The notes under the pieces are model-generated. The model did not search any database and had not been told where the DNA came from. It saw nothing but the letters and a program-made list of their open reading frames with translations. The translations under genes and the position numbers were made by a program. A stretch of 64,000 nt of DNA from Lingula anatina (taxonomy: Eukaryota > Animalia > Brachiopoda), in assembly GCA_051362555.1 (NCBI GenBank), contig CM120648.1:2846087-2910086 (forward strand), in the 5' to 3' direction. Position 1 is the first letter of the stretch. Each line of letters begins with the position of its first letter. Positions 1 to 13,979 of this stretch are shown here, one piece after another.

Positions 1-1496
1 AATGTATTTTTACTTTTTGTGTGATCATATCCACTTACTTCATATTTCTTCTATTATACAGGGGTATTGAAAGTCAACCTTATCTAATCAGATTTTACTT
101 GACCTTGGCTGTTTTAAAAAGTGAAAGTGCAATCCTGCCTTATATATCAAATATAATGTAAAAATATAAGTGAACATTATGGGTATAGTACTGTCCCTCA
201 TAAAGGAAGGGAAACGAGGAAAAATTAATATGTTTATAAAGATACATTTTATTATAAACCATGCTCAATCACTTGTAAGGTTTAACAGTCAACTGAAGTT
301 AGCTAGAGAATGCCCTACTCCACCAGCCATGACCACAGATTCAACAACTGTGAATTTCTTTTGTTAGCCTGGCACCTATTATTAGGTCACAACTCCTGTA
401 GCTATTGTTACACTAGTAACAGTAACCGCCTATTAGGTGTTATCAGATGTGTGGTATCCTATCTAAGTCTTTGTTTATATGAAACAAGCAGCAAATGAGT
501 ATACAGCTATCAAGATAGTTTAAATTCAGGAGCATAGTGGAAGGGTACAGAGTGTAGAAAAATCGGAATGAGGAAGGTATGTATTACAATAATGCATTGG
601 ATCATTTGGGCATCTAATCAAATTGAACATGAGATAATTAATTGATCTAATTTGCAGTGTGCCTTGTAAACATGATATTTATATTACATTAAACAAGTTA
701 TAATTTATAATGAAGAAACAAAGATACATACTGCAATCATTGTTTAGTCTCTTTATTTCTTATAAAACTGTGATCAATTGCTCATATTTCTTTTTAATGT
801 TATCCACAACTGCCTCCAAGGGACCATCATGATATATAACTGAGAATGACCCATGCTAATATATAACATACAATTAACATGTTAGAGGGCCTGTCAGGGC
901 AAATTTCATTACCTCACAGGTTCTTCAGGATCGTTTATTTGCTAAGTTTTCTTTCCCTTTAAGTTCTTTTCAACCCTTAATGTGAGGTAAACACCATAGT
1001 TTGTTTAAAAATATTTTTGCTAACCTATACATAATGGAAATGAAATGTGCATTGTGAAAATCTGACCATTTTGCTTACACAAAAGCTATAAATTTTAACT
1101 TGGGGGTTGCTTTTTTGTGGTTTGGACTGATGATTTAGGTCAAGCAAAGACTGGTGAGAATAGGGAATTACTGTTTACCCTCAGAAATGAGTTTCTATGA
1201 GTTTTTGGGACTTCTTTTGGCCCTGGCAGCTCTGTAATGGCCAAATTGCATATTTAACCAGAGTAGAGTTTTCTCCACTGCGGATTTCTGCATTTTAAAA
1301 TTCGTTTCTTATTGTTCCTCTGGGCTTGGTCCTATGAAATATGTTCATGTTCTTTATATTTTTTTTTTACAAATTATCCAGCTTTAATACCTTGTCTTTG
1401 AAAAAAAATTCAGTTAACTAATAAAGGCTATGAATTGCTCAAAATAGAATTGGTGCAATGATTATTATTGATCTCATTAGAAAATTTTCGTAAGGG

Positions 1497-1718
1497 CAGG
1501 GGCGGATTCAGGATCATTTGAAGGGGGGGGGGGGGGCGCAAATGAGGAGCCGACCCCCCTCAACTTGGCGCGGGGTTTGGGTCCCGATGAAGGGCCATGA
1601 AAAATGTTGGCATTTTAGAGGGCAAACGGTGCCATTTGGTACAGTTTAGAACACGTAGTCAAAATTTTAATTTCAAGAGGGGGCCCTCTCCCTGATCCTC
1701 TCTCTTAATCTGCCACTG
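1497..1718. mobile_element. hAT-like non-autonomous element (MITE), degenerate
   Basis: Begins CAGGGGCGGATT and ends AATCTGCCACTG (imperfect terminal inverted repeat). The terminus type matches the 5442-5609 and 8896-9062 elements. Confidence 0.45.
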
Positions 1719-4392
1719 CATTCCCCATTTCATTTCTGATTTACAGATTCCCTAATCGCTTTTAATTTTGTGTTTACACGTTTGATTTCTTCATTATATT
1801 ATAATAGCTTATGACCTCATGGAGTCACAAGGAAAAAAGTCAACGCATACGTTATAACTCGTGTAAGTATCATGACCTTGTGAGCAATCACATAAGTGAG
1901 ATAATGTATTTATAGTAGCAATCTCAAATGAGGCCAGTACACAAGTAAAAAGAGCCATGGACATTTCAGTTCGGTATCGCAGATAGCATAAAATATTGGT
2001 AATGTGTTAATATACCTAATAGTTCATTTTTTTCGAATATTTCAGTAGTTTGTATTTATCGTATATTTATGTCACTTATTTTTTTTAGATTTGTACAAAG
2101 AAAGAAAAGTAATGTATCATAGTGTCAACGGTATCAACGATAGCATCGTGGGGGTCTCTCTGTCACGTTACACCGGAACTGTATTGATAACAACAAAATT
2201 AACAGGTGTCCGGCATGAAAGGGTTCCCACCACGAGCTCGCAGGCTTCCACATGCTTTCGGTTTTGACATGTACGTATCCGTTAAAATTTATCTTAGTAG
2301 TCGAATCTCCATATATGAAACAAACGTGACGAAGTAAAATCTTTTATGTTTTTTTATGCGAAACATAAACGGCCTGCCTGACTGAGGTTGCTCATCAGTG
2401 GTTCAACAAGAACCGCCGACACCCCTCCTCCTCCCCCCTTTAAAGGACAATATTCATATAAAAATCCATTTCTCGAATTCTGAAGATCCAGCACTTAATC
2501 TATACGCTACAGTTATATTTTAATCGATCCCCGTCATTTAAAAATTATAAAAACAATCTATTAGTAGACAAAAAGCGTTTTAGTAAACCTCACCTCAATA
2601 TGCATAAACGAAGCAACAGATCTGGGTCACGTGGTACTGTGACGACAATCACGATAAAGGTCTATGAGACTCAACTGAGCTGCATGGTGCATACAGACGG
2701 AGAAGTTAAGGAAAGTTGTGTTGAACGGAGTTGATGAATTTTCGTTATGCCTCGGTGTGTTGCCGTGGGATTCACCAAAATTGCAGCTCTCGTTGACAAT
2801 CTTTCTTTGTCTGTGACGGTCTTCCGTGACTTACTAACTTCGGTGACAATAGTTGAGATGCTCTAGATCATGGTCACCTCAGGTGGTTTAGATCATATCA
2901 AGAGCTGGTAGTCTTTCAGCTTAACTGTCATCAGTTGGCAAACTTACTGATTGCTGATGCATTTTAAATGCATTGTAGTTGACCAAAAGCTCGTTTACAA
3001 CAAACCTGTTAATTATGCACCGCTGCACTTCCCAACCCAGGTAATAACAGGTATCAAAATCGTCTTGGTGGGCTTTCATATTTTTCAAAATATCTCATTT
3101 ATTTCATGGGGTGATTTTATTGGTATTTGTAAATGACGTTTAATATCAATATTTAAACAATTGAGTTCAAACACCGTCGCGAACATTAATAAAAGTAATT
3201 GCTCTCAGGGTAACTTGAAGCATGCGTATGCCCAGGCATTACTTCCGTGGAAGAAAACGTGTTGAAGAACAAACAGAAAAAAGAGCGGTATATTAAAGAA
3301 AAAAAATAGGAACTTATGTACTAAAATGGTTCGTAATCCTAATTCGTTTATGCTTTGAGGATTTGTTTCTGAATGTTATTTCATCTAAAGTATAAAATAA
3401 TTTAAAAGACTTATCATTTTATACCTTGAAATACAAGTTCTGCGTCTGTACACAAAACTTTTTGCAAATTTGTATGCTTTGTCAAACCCAAAAACATGTA
3501 GCAGATCAAGGTAAAAGAGCATTGTTTGCTATAAGTAGCATGGGAAAAATCATTACTTGAATGTTTACTAAATGTGCAGTTTTACATACGTGAGTATAAA
3601 AAATTAAAAAATTCCAAGCACGCACAGCAAAATGTAGACTAACGCAAAACATCAAGAACAGCGTAATCTCAGCAAATGTGCCCCATATAGTAGCTTAATT
3701 TCCATTAATAATAAAATAATCATTTAAGTCAAAAATTTTCTGTCGATTTAATAAATGTTCTAATTTATCCAGAACGGTATATTTATTTAAGAGGAGGCTA
3801 ACTGAAATATAGTTTTATTATTTGTTTATTTTGTATTTGAAAATTACCCATGTCACCCTGTTAATTAGAAGGTCTAAGCTGGATCAAGTCCGTGCTAAAA
3901 TTCCTATGAAGCTGTGCAGGAAAAATTCTTCCTTTGTTTCTCTAGCTCCTCAATAAACCCGGTGTTCAGATTTTATCTAGTACCCCCAGGTCTGCGGGAG
4001 CTGCTCTTTGAAACTAAAGCATTTTTTTTTTACCTGAGATAAATATCGCCAGCCATTTAACCCTCTAATTAAGAGGTAAAGTAAGTTCCAGTTAGATGGA
4101 TGATTAAGATGGGACTTGTAAAGGTAACGGGCATCGTTTACCTCAGTTTAAGAAAAGTATCCAAGACGGAGTGTCAGCGGTTTAATAAAATTAATCATAT
4201 GCAATAATCCACAGTACCCTTTACTCATTCAAATGCAGTGTTTTATACAACTTGGGATAACCATAATTAAATGCTCGTTAAAGAATTGACTAGACGGGAA
4301 TGGTTTTACACAGCTTCATGAGGATTTAGATCCCTCAGGTAAGAGATTTGAATGAGTATTAACTTTTATCAGAAGCCAGAGAAGTCATCTTA

Positions 4393-4604
4393 TACCCCCT
4401 TTACACTGGGAGGCGTCCTTTCTGCGACCATGAAATTTGGCATCGCTGTGGTTTTAATAAGGAGGAACGAGTATTGATTTTGTATCAGAATGAATGGTCA
4501 ATGATCGGCCAGCTGTCGACACGTAAAGTATTATAATTTTTTAACTCTCAAATGGGGCCGTACTGCTGGACGCAGAAAGGACGCCGTCTATTGTAAAGGG
4601 GGCT
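4393..4604. mobile_element. PIF/Harbinger (Tourist)-like MITE, family A copy 1
   Basis: TIRs TACCCCCTTTACACTGGGAGGCGTCCTTTCTGCG...CGCAGAAAGGACGCCGTCTATTGTAAAGGGGGCT, flanked by TTA on both sides. A near-identical second copy lies at 39702-39923. Confidence 0.8.
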
Positions 4605-5441
4605 TTACAGGTAGACAATGCAGCTCAGTTTGACAGCTAAGCACGCTCTGTTCTCCAGTGGCTCGATTGTCGTCATCGGACCACGTGACCACGTAGCTCA
4701 TTAACTCCCAGGCCGAGCAAATAGGACGTTTTTTAAAGCCAAAAATTTACAAAATGAGCTTTTAATTTGTGTATTTGGATAAAGATATCGTTAGTTGGGC
4801 ATGTTTTCTGAAGAATATGTTCCGTTGAGGCCATTCTGACGGTATGAAGCAAATCCTTTAATTTGTATCCTGTTTGCCAGTTATTGGGGGAGGTAACTCA
4901 GAGCAAAGACCAAAGGGTATTTGGAAGGTTAACGTACAAAGCTTGTGCATCGCCTTTGATCTGTTAACACAGCCTTTGTTTGGAAAAAAATGTTCTTAAC
5001 CTTGTGAAGATATAATCACTTTAGTATTTTCTTTATCATTAATTTTAATAATTATATTCATTAATGGTCTAAAATGCATAGAAATGTTTATAAGACTTTA
5101 CAGGGGTAAAATGAGCAGAGTAAGATGATTAAATTAAACGGTACAACACTAACTTCAGTTTCTCTTTGTTCTTATTCCCTTTTATTAAAGGTCACGTAGC
5201 TAGAAAGAGATACACAGTGACGAGAGAAGAAGAATAATCATCATAATTTTATTCATAGTTATGTCTGACTATATGAAGACTATAAGGGCGGCGATGATAT
5301 TTATACATGTACCAAGAGAGACAGGAAAGATGACCAATCAGAATGAGACAGCACGAAATAACGCCCACGTGACGAGACGTGGCGCGACTTGAAGCTTTTA
5401 TATCGGGTATCAGAGATATGTTATTGTTAATAAATAGAAGC

Positions 5442-5609
5442 CAGGGGCGGATCCAGAAATATTTCCTGACAGTCTTCCATATTATATTTGGTTATCCATT
5501 TTCCATTTTTGACCGTCTTCCGACAGAAAAAATTAGATACCCTTCAATGTAAACTAGAAAATCTGACCGTCTTCCGGAAGACCCAGAAGACGGCCTAAAT
5601 CCGCCCCTG
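5442..5609 (+). mobile_element. hAT-like MITE, family B copy 1
   Basis: TIRs CAGGGGCGGAT...ATCCGCCCCTG, with GAAGC on both flanks. An inverted copy lies at 8896-9062. Confidence 0.8.
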
Positions 5610-6343
5610 GAAGCAGTAGGTCTGCTGACACATATATCAGTAGAAACATGTACATATATGTTTAACAGGAACAGGTTATAAGAATATAAGTTTCCTATGT
5701 AATACTGCCCTCTCTCCCCCGGATATGTTTATACACATCATGAATACAAAAGAAATGGATGTGATTACGCCCCTCCTCATATGGAGAAGAGAGTAAGCCT
5801 TTCTGCGCATGTCCAAACCAGATCATAGTACCAGTGTGAGACCCGTTATGTATGCGCTGTCAGCAGAGACTGGGCGTGTAGATCAAACCTGGTAAATTGA
5901 TTATGGAATGCGACACTGATTTCAACAATTGCTAATCTATATCAGTCATTCTTTGCTAGTGGTGCACTGCAGGGGGGCCATAACAAGAATGTTATTTAAA
6001 TTTAGATAGCCAACCAAATTCTCATGACATCGTTGTGTATGTTTCAATAACAAATCAAAGAAGCTGCATGAGCAAGGAGGATGTTGTTATAAAAGCAAAA
6101 AAAATAGAAAAAGCAGAAAAAATATCGAAATAACCCTCAAAATGGCGTCCTTTTTCTGTGGAATTTTGACCCTACCTCTATTTAAGAACAGTTTGTTTAG
6201 GGTTTGAATGGATTATTGAAGCAGGAAATACATCTACTGCAAGAAGATATAATAAACAGAATGTGCAAATTGTTATTTAAATAAAAATTTATTTGAAGTC
6301 ACTGAAAAATGATCACAAAATTAGCTTAACTTACGATACATGC

Positions 6344-8812
6344 GGTGTCCCACCCCGATGAAAATTTCATCTAATCCTATCTTTCCGTATTAAAACTGTT
6401 CAATCGTCCAAAGTAGTATGTCGGTTAGTTTGTGTCACGAAGTCCATGATAATATCAGTTTTCTTAAGAATTTCACATTTATTGCTCAGCAAGGTCGATT
6501 TTTCTTCACCGCGTCCCAATATAACGTTCGCAACGCTGAAACTTCAGAGATCGATTTTTATCAGACGACTTTAAAATGCCGCGTGAAAATTATACATCGA
6601 TAGCGATCTTCTTCCATACTCACTAACTGATGACGTCTTACACACGAATGGCTTCTTTTGCACACTAAAAAAACCAGCTCAAACTGGCGGGTGGCCCATT
6701 CTGATAACATATCACGCAATGACGCTGTCGAGATAGGATGCAGGGCACAGGTGTAATTCCCTCGATTTAACCGTCACAGGATTGTTTATTGGGATCTTCT
6801 TTGTATGAAGGTGAGAAATAATGAGTTTCGTTTCATTTTTCTTCAATTGTTTCAACATATTTGTGTACCGATTGATTTTTACCATTCTATAAGTAGGTTG
6901 ACTTCGTCTGAACTTTCGTTTTGCATCTGTTTCACATGGGGGACTAAAGGTCATATTGAACATGGTGACGCGGTGATACCGTATTCATGTTCTCTTGTTC
7001 TCGAAAACTCAGTCATCGAAATTGAATTACTTTTTTTAGTTTTGTCTTAAATTAAGCTGCTACACTGTATTCCGTGCGTTTAAAATTTAACCGTCTGTAA
7101 AAACAGCAATAATGGATTACTAGCAACACTTACGTTACGCAATGAAGCACCGAAAATGGGTGAAGAAAATGTGTCTCAGTAATGCGTGTTTGCCACTCAT
7201 AATGCACTGTACTTTGTTTGAATAAGCAATAAACTATTTGTGATCTTAGGTTATCCATTGTTCGTTATCAGAGTTAACAGATTCTTTGTGTGAATTTTTT
7301 TCAGAATCCCAAGAGTGGATGCCTTAGTGAGCACAGAACAGATATCACCATTGGTCTACATATGTCAGGAAGAATGTTATAATTATGAACTTTGTGTTAC
7401 ACTGAACTTCATTTTGTTAAATTTTGTATTTAACTGAACTTTATTGTGTTAAAATAATAATAAAAAAATAATAGTTCTGATAAAAAACTACAATCTGGAA
7501 CATTCTTTAGATCAACTTTGTTCAGTGTGTGTCCCATATGACAGAGTTACAGTAAATAAAATATGTGCATTATTCCTCTGTGTTTGTCAATTCCATTTTA
7601 AAAGCATGTGAAAGTGGTGTGCCCCTCATGAATGAAGTGTGTATGGATAATAGCAAAAATATTGTTATTATTTACATGATTATAAAAAGTTTTTGTACCC
7701 GCGTCAATAACGTTACCGTGACCCACATATTCACCATTTTTATTAATTATGAAATGTGGATTAAATTCTTCCAAACCAGTTTTGAAGCATTGAGACAACA
7801 CCCCCTTATGATTTAAACTAAAACTGAAAACATTCCATTAGACTTTCATTAGTTTGTGCAAAATATATTACCCAGGGTAACGCGTCTTGGATTTGGTGGG
7901 TATAGCTGTTCAACTGTCCTGTGTGCCCTAAAAAGGGCAGCTGCTGTTTCCCTTTTTATGAAATGATAAACTGTGATGGTGTAGCTATCACATCGCAAAA
8001 TTACAGCTTCCCAGAGAAAGTTTGAAATTTTCGGTCAAATTCAACATTTTGTAACCACTAGCAAAGAATGACAGATATGTATATATATATATATTTATTT
8101 ATCTATTTATTTGTCTGTTCTATGTTCTAGCCACTAATATCGTATTGTAATTGATTGTACCTTTATGTGAAGGTGTTTGTCAATAAAGAATCTGAATCTG
8201 AATCTATAAGATGATGATATTTCTGATAATGGGACTATTAACATTACCACTATATTTCAGTACGGCTATATACAGTTTGTACCATGAACTTTAGGTAAAT
8301 AGAAGGGAACCACGCACATGTACATTTCTATATCTAAACTGTTGAAAATGTAAAAGCACCCTAAACTACTACTCTGACAGGTGTAGTCCGCCCGAAAGTG
8401 TAGCACTTCCTACAGTAGTTGGTAATCTTGGCCATATGAAATTAAGCCTGAATTGAAAACGAAGTTAAAGCTGGAGATATACGCCTATATATTTGAAAGC
8501 CCAGTATATCTAGATATGTTTTATGAAGTGAGGATGCTCATCAGTACACATTTGACTTTTACTGTACACTTACCGACTTTTTCAAACAGCTGCCACCTCC
8601 GAGCGAGCGGGAAGAAATAGGACCATACATTAGGCCAGTAAACGAGTATACACGATACTTCCCCCTCAATTTGGTGACAAATTTTTTCTGAACTAATTCC
8701 GGCCCTTTGAAGGCCAAACATAGCCAAAGAAAATTCTCCATGAATCCCCCATGGCAGAGTATCGTTTTCCACAAAAATCCAAAATGGCCTCAATTGAATG
8801 GGGTGGGACACC
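6344..8812. mobile_element. possible degenerate TIR DNA element
   Basis: GGTGTCCCACCCC at 6344 and its exact reverse complement at 8800-8812. No intact ORF inside and no clear TSD. Confidence 0.3.
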
Positions 8813-8895
8813 TTGAGTGACCGGGAAGAAAATCACCTTCCTGTACATAAACTCTCTAGGTCACGCGTTGTATCTGGTCATTCTATGGTATTAAA

Positions 8896-9062
8896 CAGGG
8901 GCGGATTTAGGGCGTCTTCTGGGTCTTCCGGAAGACGGTCAGATTTGTCAAGTTTACATTGACGGGTATCTAATTTTTTCTGTCGGAAGACGGTCAAAAA
9001 TGGAGGATGGATCAACAAAGATAAATTGGAAGACTGTCAGAAAATAACTCTGGATCCGCCCC
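8896..9062 (-). mobile_element. hAT-like MITE, family B copy 2 (inverted)
   Basis: Reverse-complement match to 5442-5609 along its whole length, e.g. GTCTTCTGGGTCTTCCGGAAGACGGTCAGATT. Confidence 0.8.
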
Positions 9063-10609
9063 AATTTTATTTTTAATATAATTTTCATAATAGTGACTAT
9101 TTTTAACAATAAAGAGTAAAAACTTTGCATATAACTTATTTCTTACATTTATTTAAGTATATAAGATTAAGATATATTTGATTATAAAATAATATATTAA
9201 TTCTTTTCAATTTTTCCTTCCCAGATAATTTTGGTACCCATTTTTTAATTTTTTTTCAGTAACTACAAAAGCTAAAAAATTCATATTCATATTACTTCAT
9301 ATTCTCCTCAAACATGATATGGGCCAACAACATACGAAAGAAATTTAGATTAGAACCACTTCAATGAAAAAAAAAAAAAAAATAAATAAAAATAATAATA
9401 ATAAAAAAATAATAATTTATCATGACACCTAGCATTGTGGGAGGACATGTGAGGCATTTTGAGTAGACAACAAGAGGTCAAGTGACAAATGATACCTGAA
9501 CCCTTATGTATTTCAAGATAATCTAGAGCTCAAAAAAAAAAAAAAAAGTTATAAGACAGAGAATCTCTTTAAACCCGAGACACATTTCATTTGAATAAAT
9601 ACTTTTGAATATATTATAATTTCGACAATTAATTATAATTTGATCAATGAATCTGGTAAGAGTTTCTCTTAAATGTCCAAATGCGATTTAAAGATGATCA
9701 GAGCAAATGAGAACTCATATCATTGCTAAAATTAATAAAAATGTTTGAAGGTGTAACATATATCATAAATTATATATAAATATACATTATTCATCAAACT
9801 AATTTTGGTAAATATATCATAAAATATTATTATTTAGTCTTGTATTCATTTAATTTCGCAACGGACAAAACTTCCTTCCTAGATTCCTACTTGGTTTTCA
9901 TATGTACAAAATTTTCAAATTAATTAAAAAAAAAAAAAAAAACACTTTACATATATTAAGAAAATGAAATAATCAAATATTCATATTTTGATTTGATTTT
10001 TAAAATGTCTCCACAGACAGAGCAGAGTTTTGGTTTCAAAGATAAAAGTTGAAATCTCATTTCCATCTTATGTCCTTCCCAGATGCTCACTAACAATTAC
10101 TATTTTCCGTAACTATTACATTTGTAATCCTAATTTTTTTTACCTAAACATAACTCACATATATAGGAACAAACATGCAAAAAAATGGGCTTTTGAACTT
10201 TTTTATTTTTTTATAATATTTTCATTTAAAGTGTCAAATGTCCTTCTTAAACGGCAAAAAATGCCTCGGCCCTATCTCTGACAATATTAATTACGGGTCA
10301 TATAATTAGAGTGCACTGGGAGTGGAGGTGGGGTGGGAGCTGAAGGGCATGTGTCGAGTGAAATAAACACAAGACAAGGAAGTTAGGCCTTTCCTACAAA
10401 ACAAAGTTACTCTCATCACAAATGTAAACTACATATCAACTTTGTCTTTTCATGCTTTTAAACAAAGGTCCTATTTTAGAATAAAAGACATGGGGACCAT
10501 CGGCATGTGACGATAGTCACGTCCATCATGTTTTATTAATCGTTTATTACTACCCTTAACGTTTATCAATATCCTAAAATAACATCGCAAAGGTACGAGA
10601 ACACGATTA

Positions 10610-11104
10610 TATTAAAGTCTGCCATAGACCTTATTGTTGTCAAGTAGGCAGGACCTAGTGACTATTGTGTCTAATCTAAGTCGATGATAATATGGACAAT
10701 GCACACGTATCCTGCAGGTCGATAAAAAGTATCTTAAAACCATCAAGGTTTGGAGCACGAACACCCCTATTGTCCACGATTGTGGTCTACTAGTAGACTT
10801 CACTATTTTTTTTCTTTTTAACCTTAACAACACTCAGTTTAAAAGCTAAGTATTACTTCATTCCCATTTACCACAACCCCCCAAAAAGAGAATATTTGAT
10901 ATGACGCAATATAACTGAATACATTAATTAAAAAAAAAAAAAAAACATCACAAAGGAGCAGTGCAACAACACTATTATATTAAAATCAAGGCTGTCATAG
11001 ACTTCATTATTGTCAAGGATGCATTGTGTGCTGAGGGCCTCGTTAACTATTGTGTCTTAACAAGGCAGATAATGCACACATAACCTGTAGGTCTAGCTGG
11101 ATAA

Positions 11105-11138
<34 letters not shown>

Positions 11139-11358
11139 CATCGAGCGTTAGTACAAAAACATCCCTACTGTACATGTTGACGGTTTACTAGAGCCTTTCT
11201 GTAGTCTACTACCGGGTGGTGGCAGTAGATAGAAATCAGCGCCTGGGTTATATTACCATCGGTGGGAGGATTGTTTGTTTGTTTGTTTGTTTACATCATT
11301 GTTTTGAGGGGGTAACTGTGGCTACCAATGTTTTTTTTAATTGTTTACTTTTTTAATC

Positions 11359-11436
<78 letters not shown>

Positions 11437-11930
11437 CGCCTGGGTTATATTACCATCGGTGGGAGGATTTTAATCCATTATTATATATATATATATGTAT
11501 TTGTGTGCATTTAGATATTTAAATGAAATCATTTTCTTTGTTTTGAAAATCCGATCTTGGTAATAGTGCGCTTGCACTGAAGTTTGTTCCAGTGCATTAT
11601 TTTAAAAGCTTTTCCAATAAGCGGGTATACAAACAGTTAAGACACGCACTGGACACTTGCCACAGTTGTCCCCCAAAAATCATTTGTAAACAAACAAACA
11701 AACAATCCACCCACCGATGGTAACCCAGGCGTTGATTTCGTACTACTAGTGCCTTTCTGTAGTCTCCACACATGGCTTTGGACTAAGCCCAAGCAATAAC
11801 TAGACTATTATTCTTTCTATTCAACCCTTTTAACAACATTCAGTTTAAAAGTATTACTTGAATCACCCATGACAAAAAAAAAAAATATTTGATATTACGC
11901 AAAATAATTGAATAAATAAATTTAAGAAAA
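10610..11930 (+). repeat. diverged local tandem duplication whose second copy is split by an inserted element
   Basis: About 10615-10930 (CATAGACCTTATTGTTGTCAAG...ATATTTGATATGACGCAA) recurs as about 10990-11205 plus about 11800-11925. Confidence 0.6.
11225..11751. mobile_element. CACTA/CMC-like non-autonomous element containing a (TA)n tract
   Basis: About 100-bp inverted arms (GAAATCAGCGCCTGGGTT...(GTTT)n versus (AAAC)n...AACCCAGGCGTTGATTTC). The right end reads CACTAGTAG on the minus strand. (TA)n at 11362-11432. GCCTTTCTGTAGTCT occurs on both sides. Confidence 0.55.
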
Positions 11931-12339
11931 AAGAACGTAACATACCTTTTTACCATTCTGTGGTTATATAGTGCTGTTGTTCCTAGAAACCGTCACTAGA
12001 TATCTTATTTTTTATTACATCAGCATCCTTAGCGTCGGTAGTTACTCTCTTAGGATTGGCCAATGGGCTGAAATAGGCGTGTACATGTACCGTTATAGTC
12101 ACTCGGTCATTATTGCCATGGCTAAGTACATAGTGCATTGTTCTATTCACACTACTAGTATTTCTTAAGATTAGTTTGGTTGTCAGCGAAAGCTGTTGCT
12201 GTTGCTAGGCTCGACTATTTATTCTGACTATTAATTTATAATGGCTATATTAACACGAACATGACATTCTTCATGCTACATGGACATGTAGTACCGGTAC
12301 ATTTATAGGCCCTACCGGTGCCAGTTGTATAGATATCCC

Positions 12340-13870
12340 TTAGATACGCGCAGTCGCACATCAAAGGGGAATTCCCTATATACTGTTTATAACTGCAGTC
12401 ACGTGGCCTAGTTACTCCGTAGTTCCATGGAGCGTTCAGACGCATGGTGGGCGGTCCTAAAGGTGAATGTCCCGTCATTCTCACTCTGTTCATTGCCATT
12501 ATGTCAATTGGACTCAAGCCTGATGTCGAGAGAGACAATATGCTGTTATTTTATCACATAAAACTCAACCGTGATATCGCAAGAGTTTTAAAAATGTCGA
12601 GTTGCGAGGAGGATTTTAACATACAGTTACTTTGCAGCTAGAAAACCTATGGTGAACAGTCTTTGTACGTTGCCTATTAATTTGTTTCTGTTCCGTGGTG
12701 ACTTCATAACCAAGAAAAGATTAGATTATTGAGCGGTTTGATAATAATTAACAAATCCAATGTTCACCCAAGCCATAAAACGATAAATTAAATGAAGGGT
12801 TCCCAGTCAGATAAATACGAAGCTATAAAATCATTCTCAGGTAGTGAACATTACTTATATATATATATATGCCCTGTTTAGGATCTTATACACCGGGGGT
12901 AGGATGGGGTAGACGGGGGAGGGGGTAGTGCTAACAAAAAGAGAGGTAAAAGGGTAGAAGGAATTGTATTCAACACCGTAGCTAATGTACCCCCCCCCCC
13001 CCGACACACTCATCCACGCACCACTGTGACTGTTGTGCGTTTTACAAATGTAAACAGTATAGTGCTTTTGACACATAAAACCCTTTCATCAGAAATTCGA
13101 TCACCAGCTGCATATGGGTAAATAAACTTTCACATACCAGTAGTGTTAATCATCTTCCGACTCTTCACAGTCACAAATGACACCACTTAATTGCGTACAT
13201 GTAGGTCCATACTGCTGCCAATATGTGCAAGCACAGATGAGACGTGACAGAGCGCCTCCCATAATACACAGTCCGGTTCCCATTAATATGCACAGCTGAG
13301 TCTCAACCTACATATCCGACCACTTACGTCAGGCTATAACCCTAACCTCTATTTTTAAATTGAGGGTGCACCCTCTGTTACTCAGACCTTCTATTTCGTC
13401 ACACCGGTATCTGGGTACATTGACTTTATAACAACGTTGACTCCATAGTTACACGCAGTCGCACACCAAAGGGGAATTCCCAATCGTTTTACATCAATAC
13501 CTGCAGTAAATGTATAACATGCCTGCAGTTATTCCGTAGTCCCATGGAGTGTTCAGACGCGTGGTGAGTGAACCTTAAGGCGAATGTCCCGTCAGTCTGT
13601 CCGTATCCGTCATCATTCTGTCAGTTAAAGCTCACCCCTGATATCGAGACAGACAATTGCCGTTATTCTGTCAGTTGAAACTCCCCCGTGATAGCGTGAC
13701 AGGGTGGATGTGGAGTTGTGCGGAATAATTTAGTACCCAGTTCCTTATCAGCTAGAAAAACTATAGTGGACGGTTATTGCACGTCTATTAAATTATCTTT
13801 CGTTTTGTTATGACTACAAAACTGAGCAATGATTAGATTATAATTATTTAATGAAGTCCCCATTCAGAAA
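12340..13870. repeat. two diverged direct copies of a ~450-bp segment (~12340-12800 and ~13450-13870)
   Basis: Shared blocks GCAGTCGCACA-CAAAGGGGAATTCCC, CCATGGAG-GTTCAGACGC, GAATGTCCCGTCA and CAGCTAGAAAA occur in the same order. Confidence 0.75.
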
Positions 13871-13979
13871 TGTATGATAACGATGATACCATGATAAAAT
13901 GTCTATAATGCTTTGTGTTACGATAGTGTAGTTAAACAGTTAAAAGGGGAAGGAGGCCTTTAAAAATACGAATGTATTA

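Noticed and set aside
2640-3060. Slightly GC-richer stretch with faint LRR-like words
   Set aside because: Stops interrupt the frames I read, and no motif is strong enough to support even a pseudogene call.
170-10300. Numerous 60-100 aa ORFs in the first 10 kb
   Set aside because: They have AT-rich random composition, no recognisable domains and no consistent exon chain.
11328-11522. ORF with YIYIYI run, and similar poly-I (31121-31315) and ERERE (40613-40960) ORFs
   Set aside because: These are translations of (TA)n, (AAT)n and (CT)n microsatellites.
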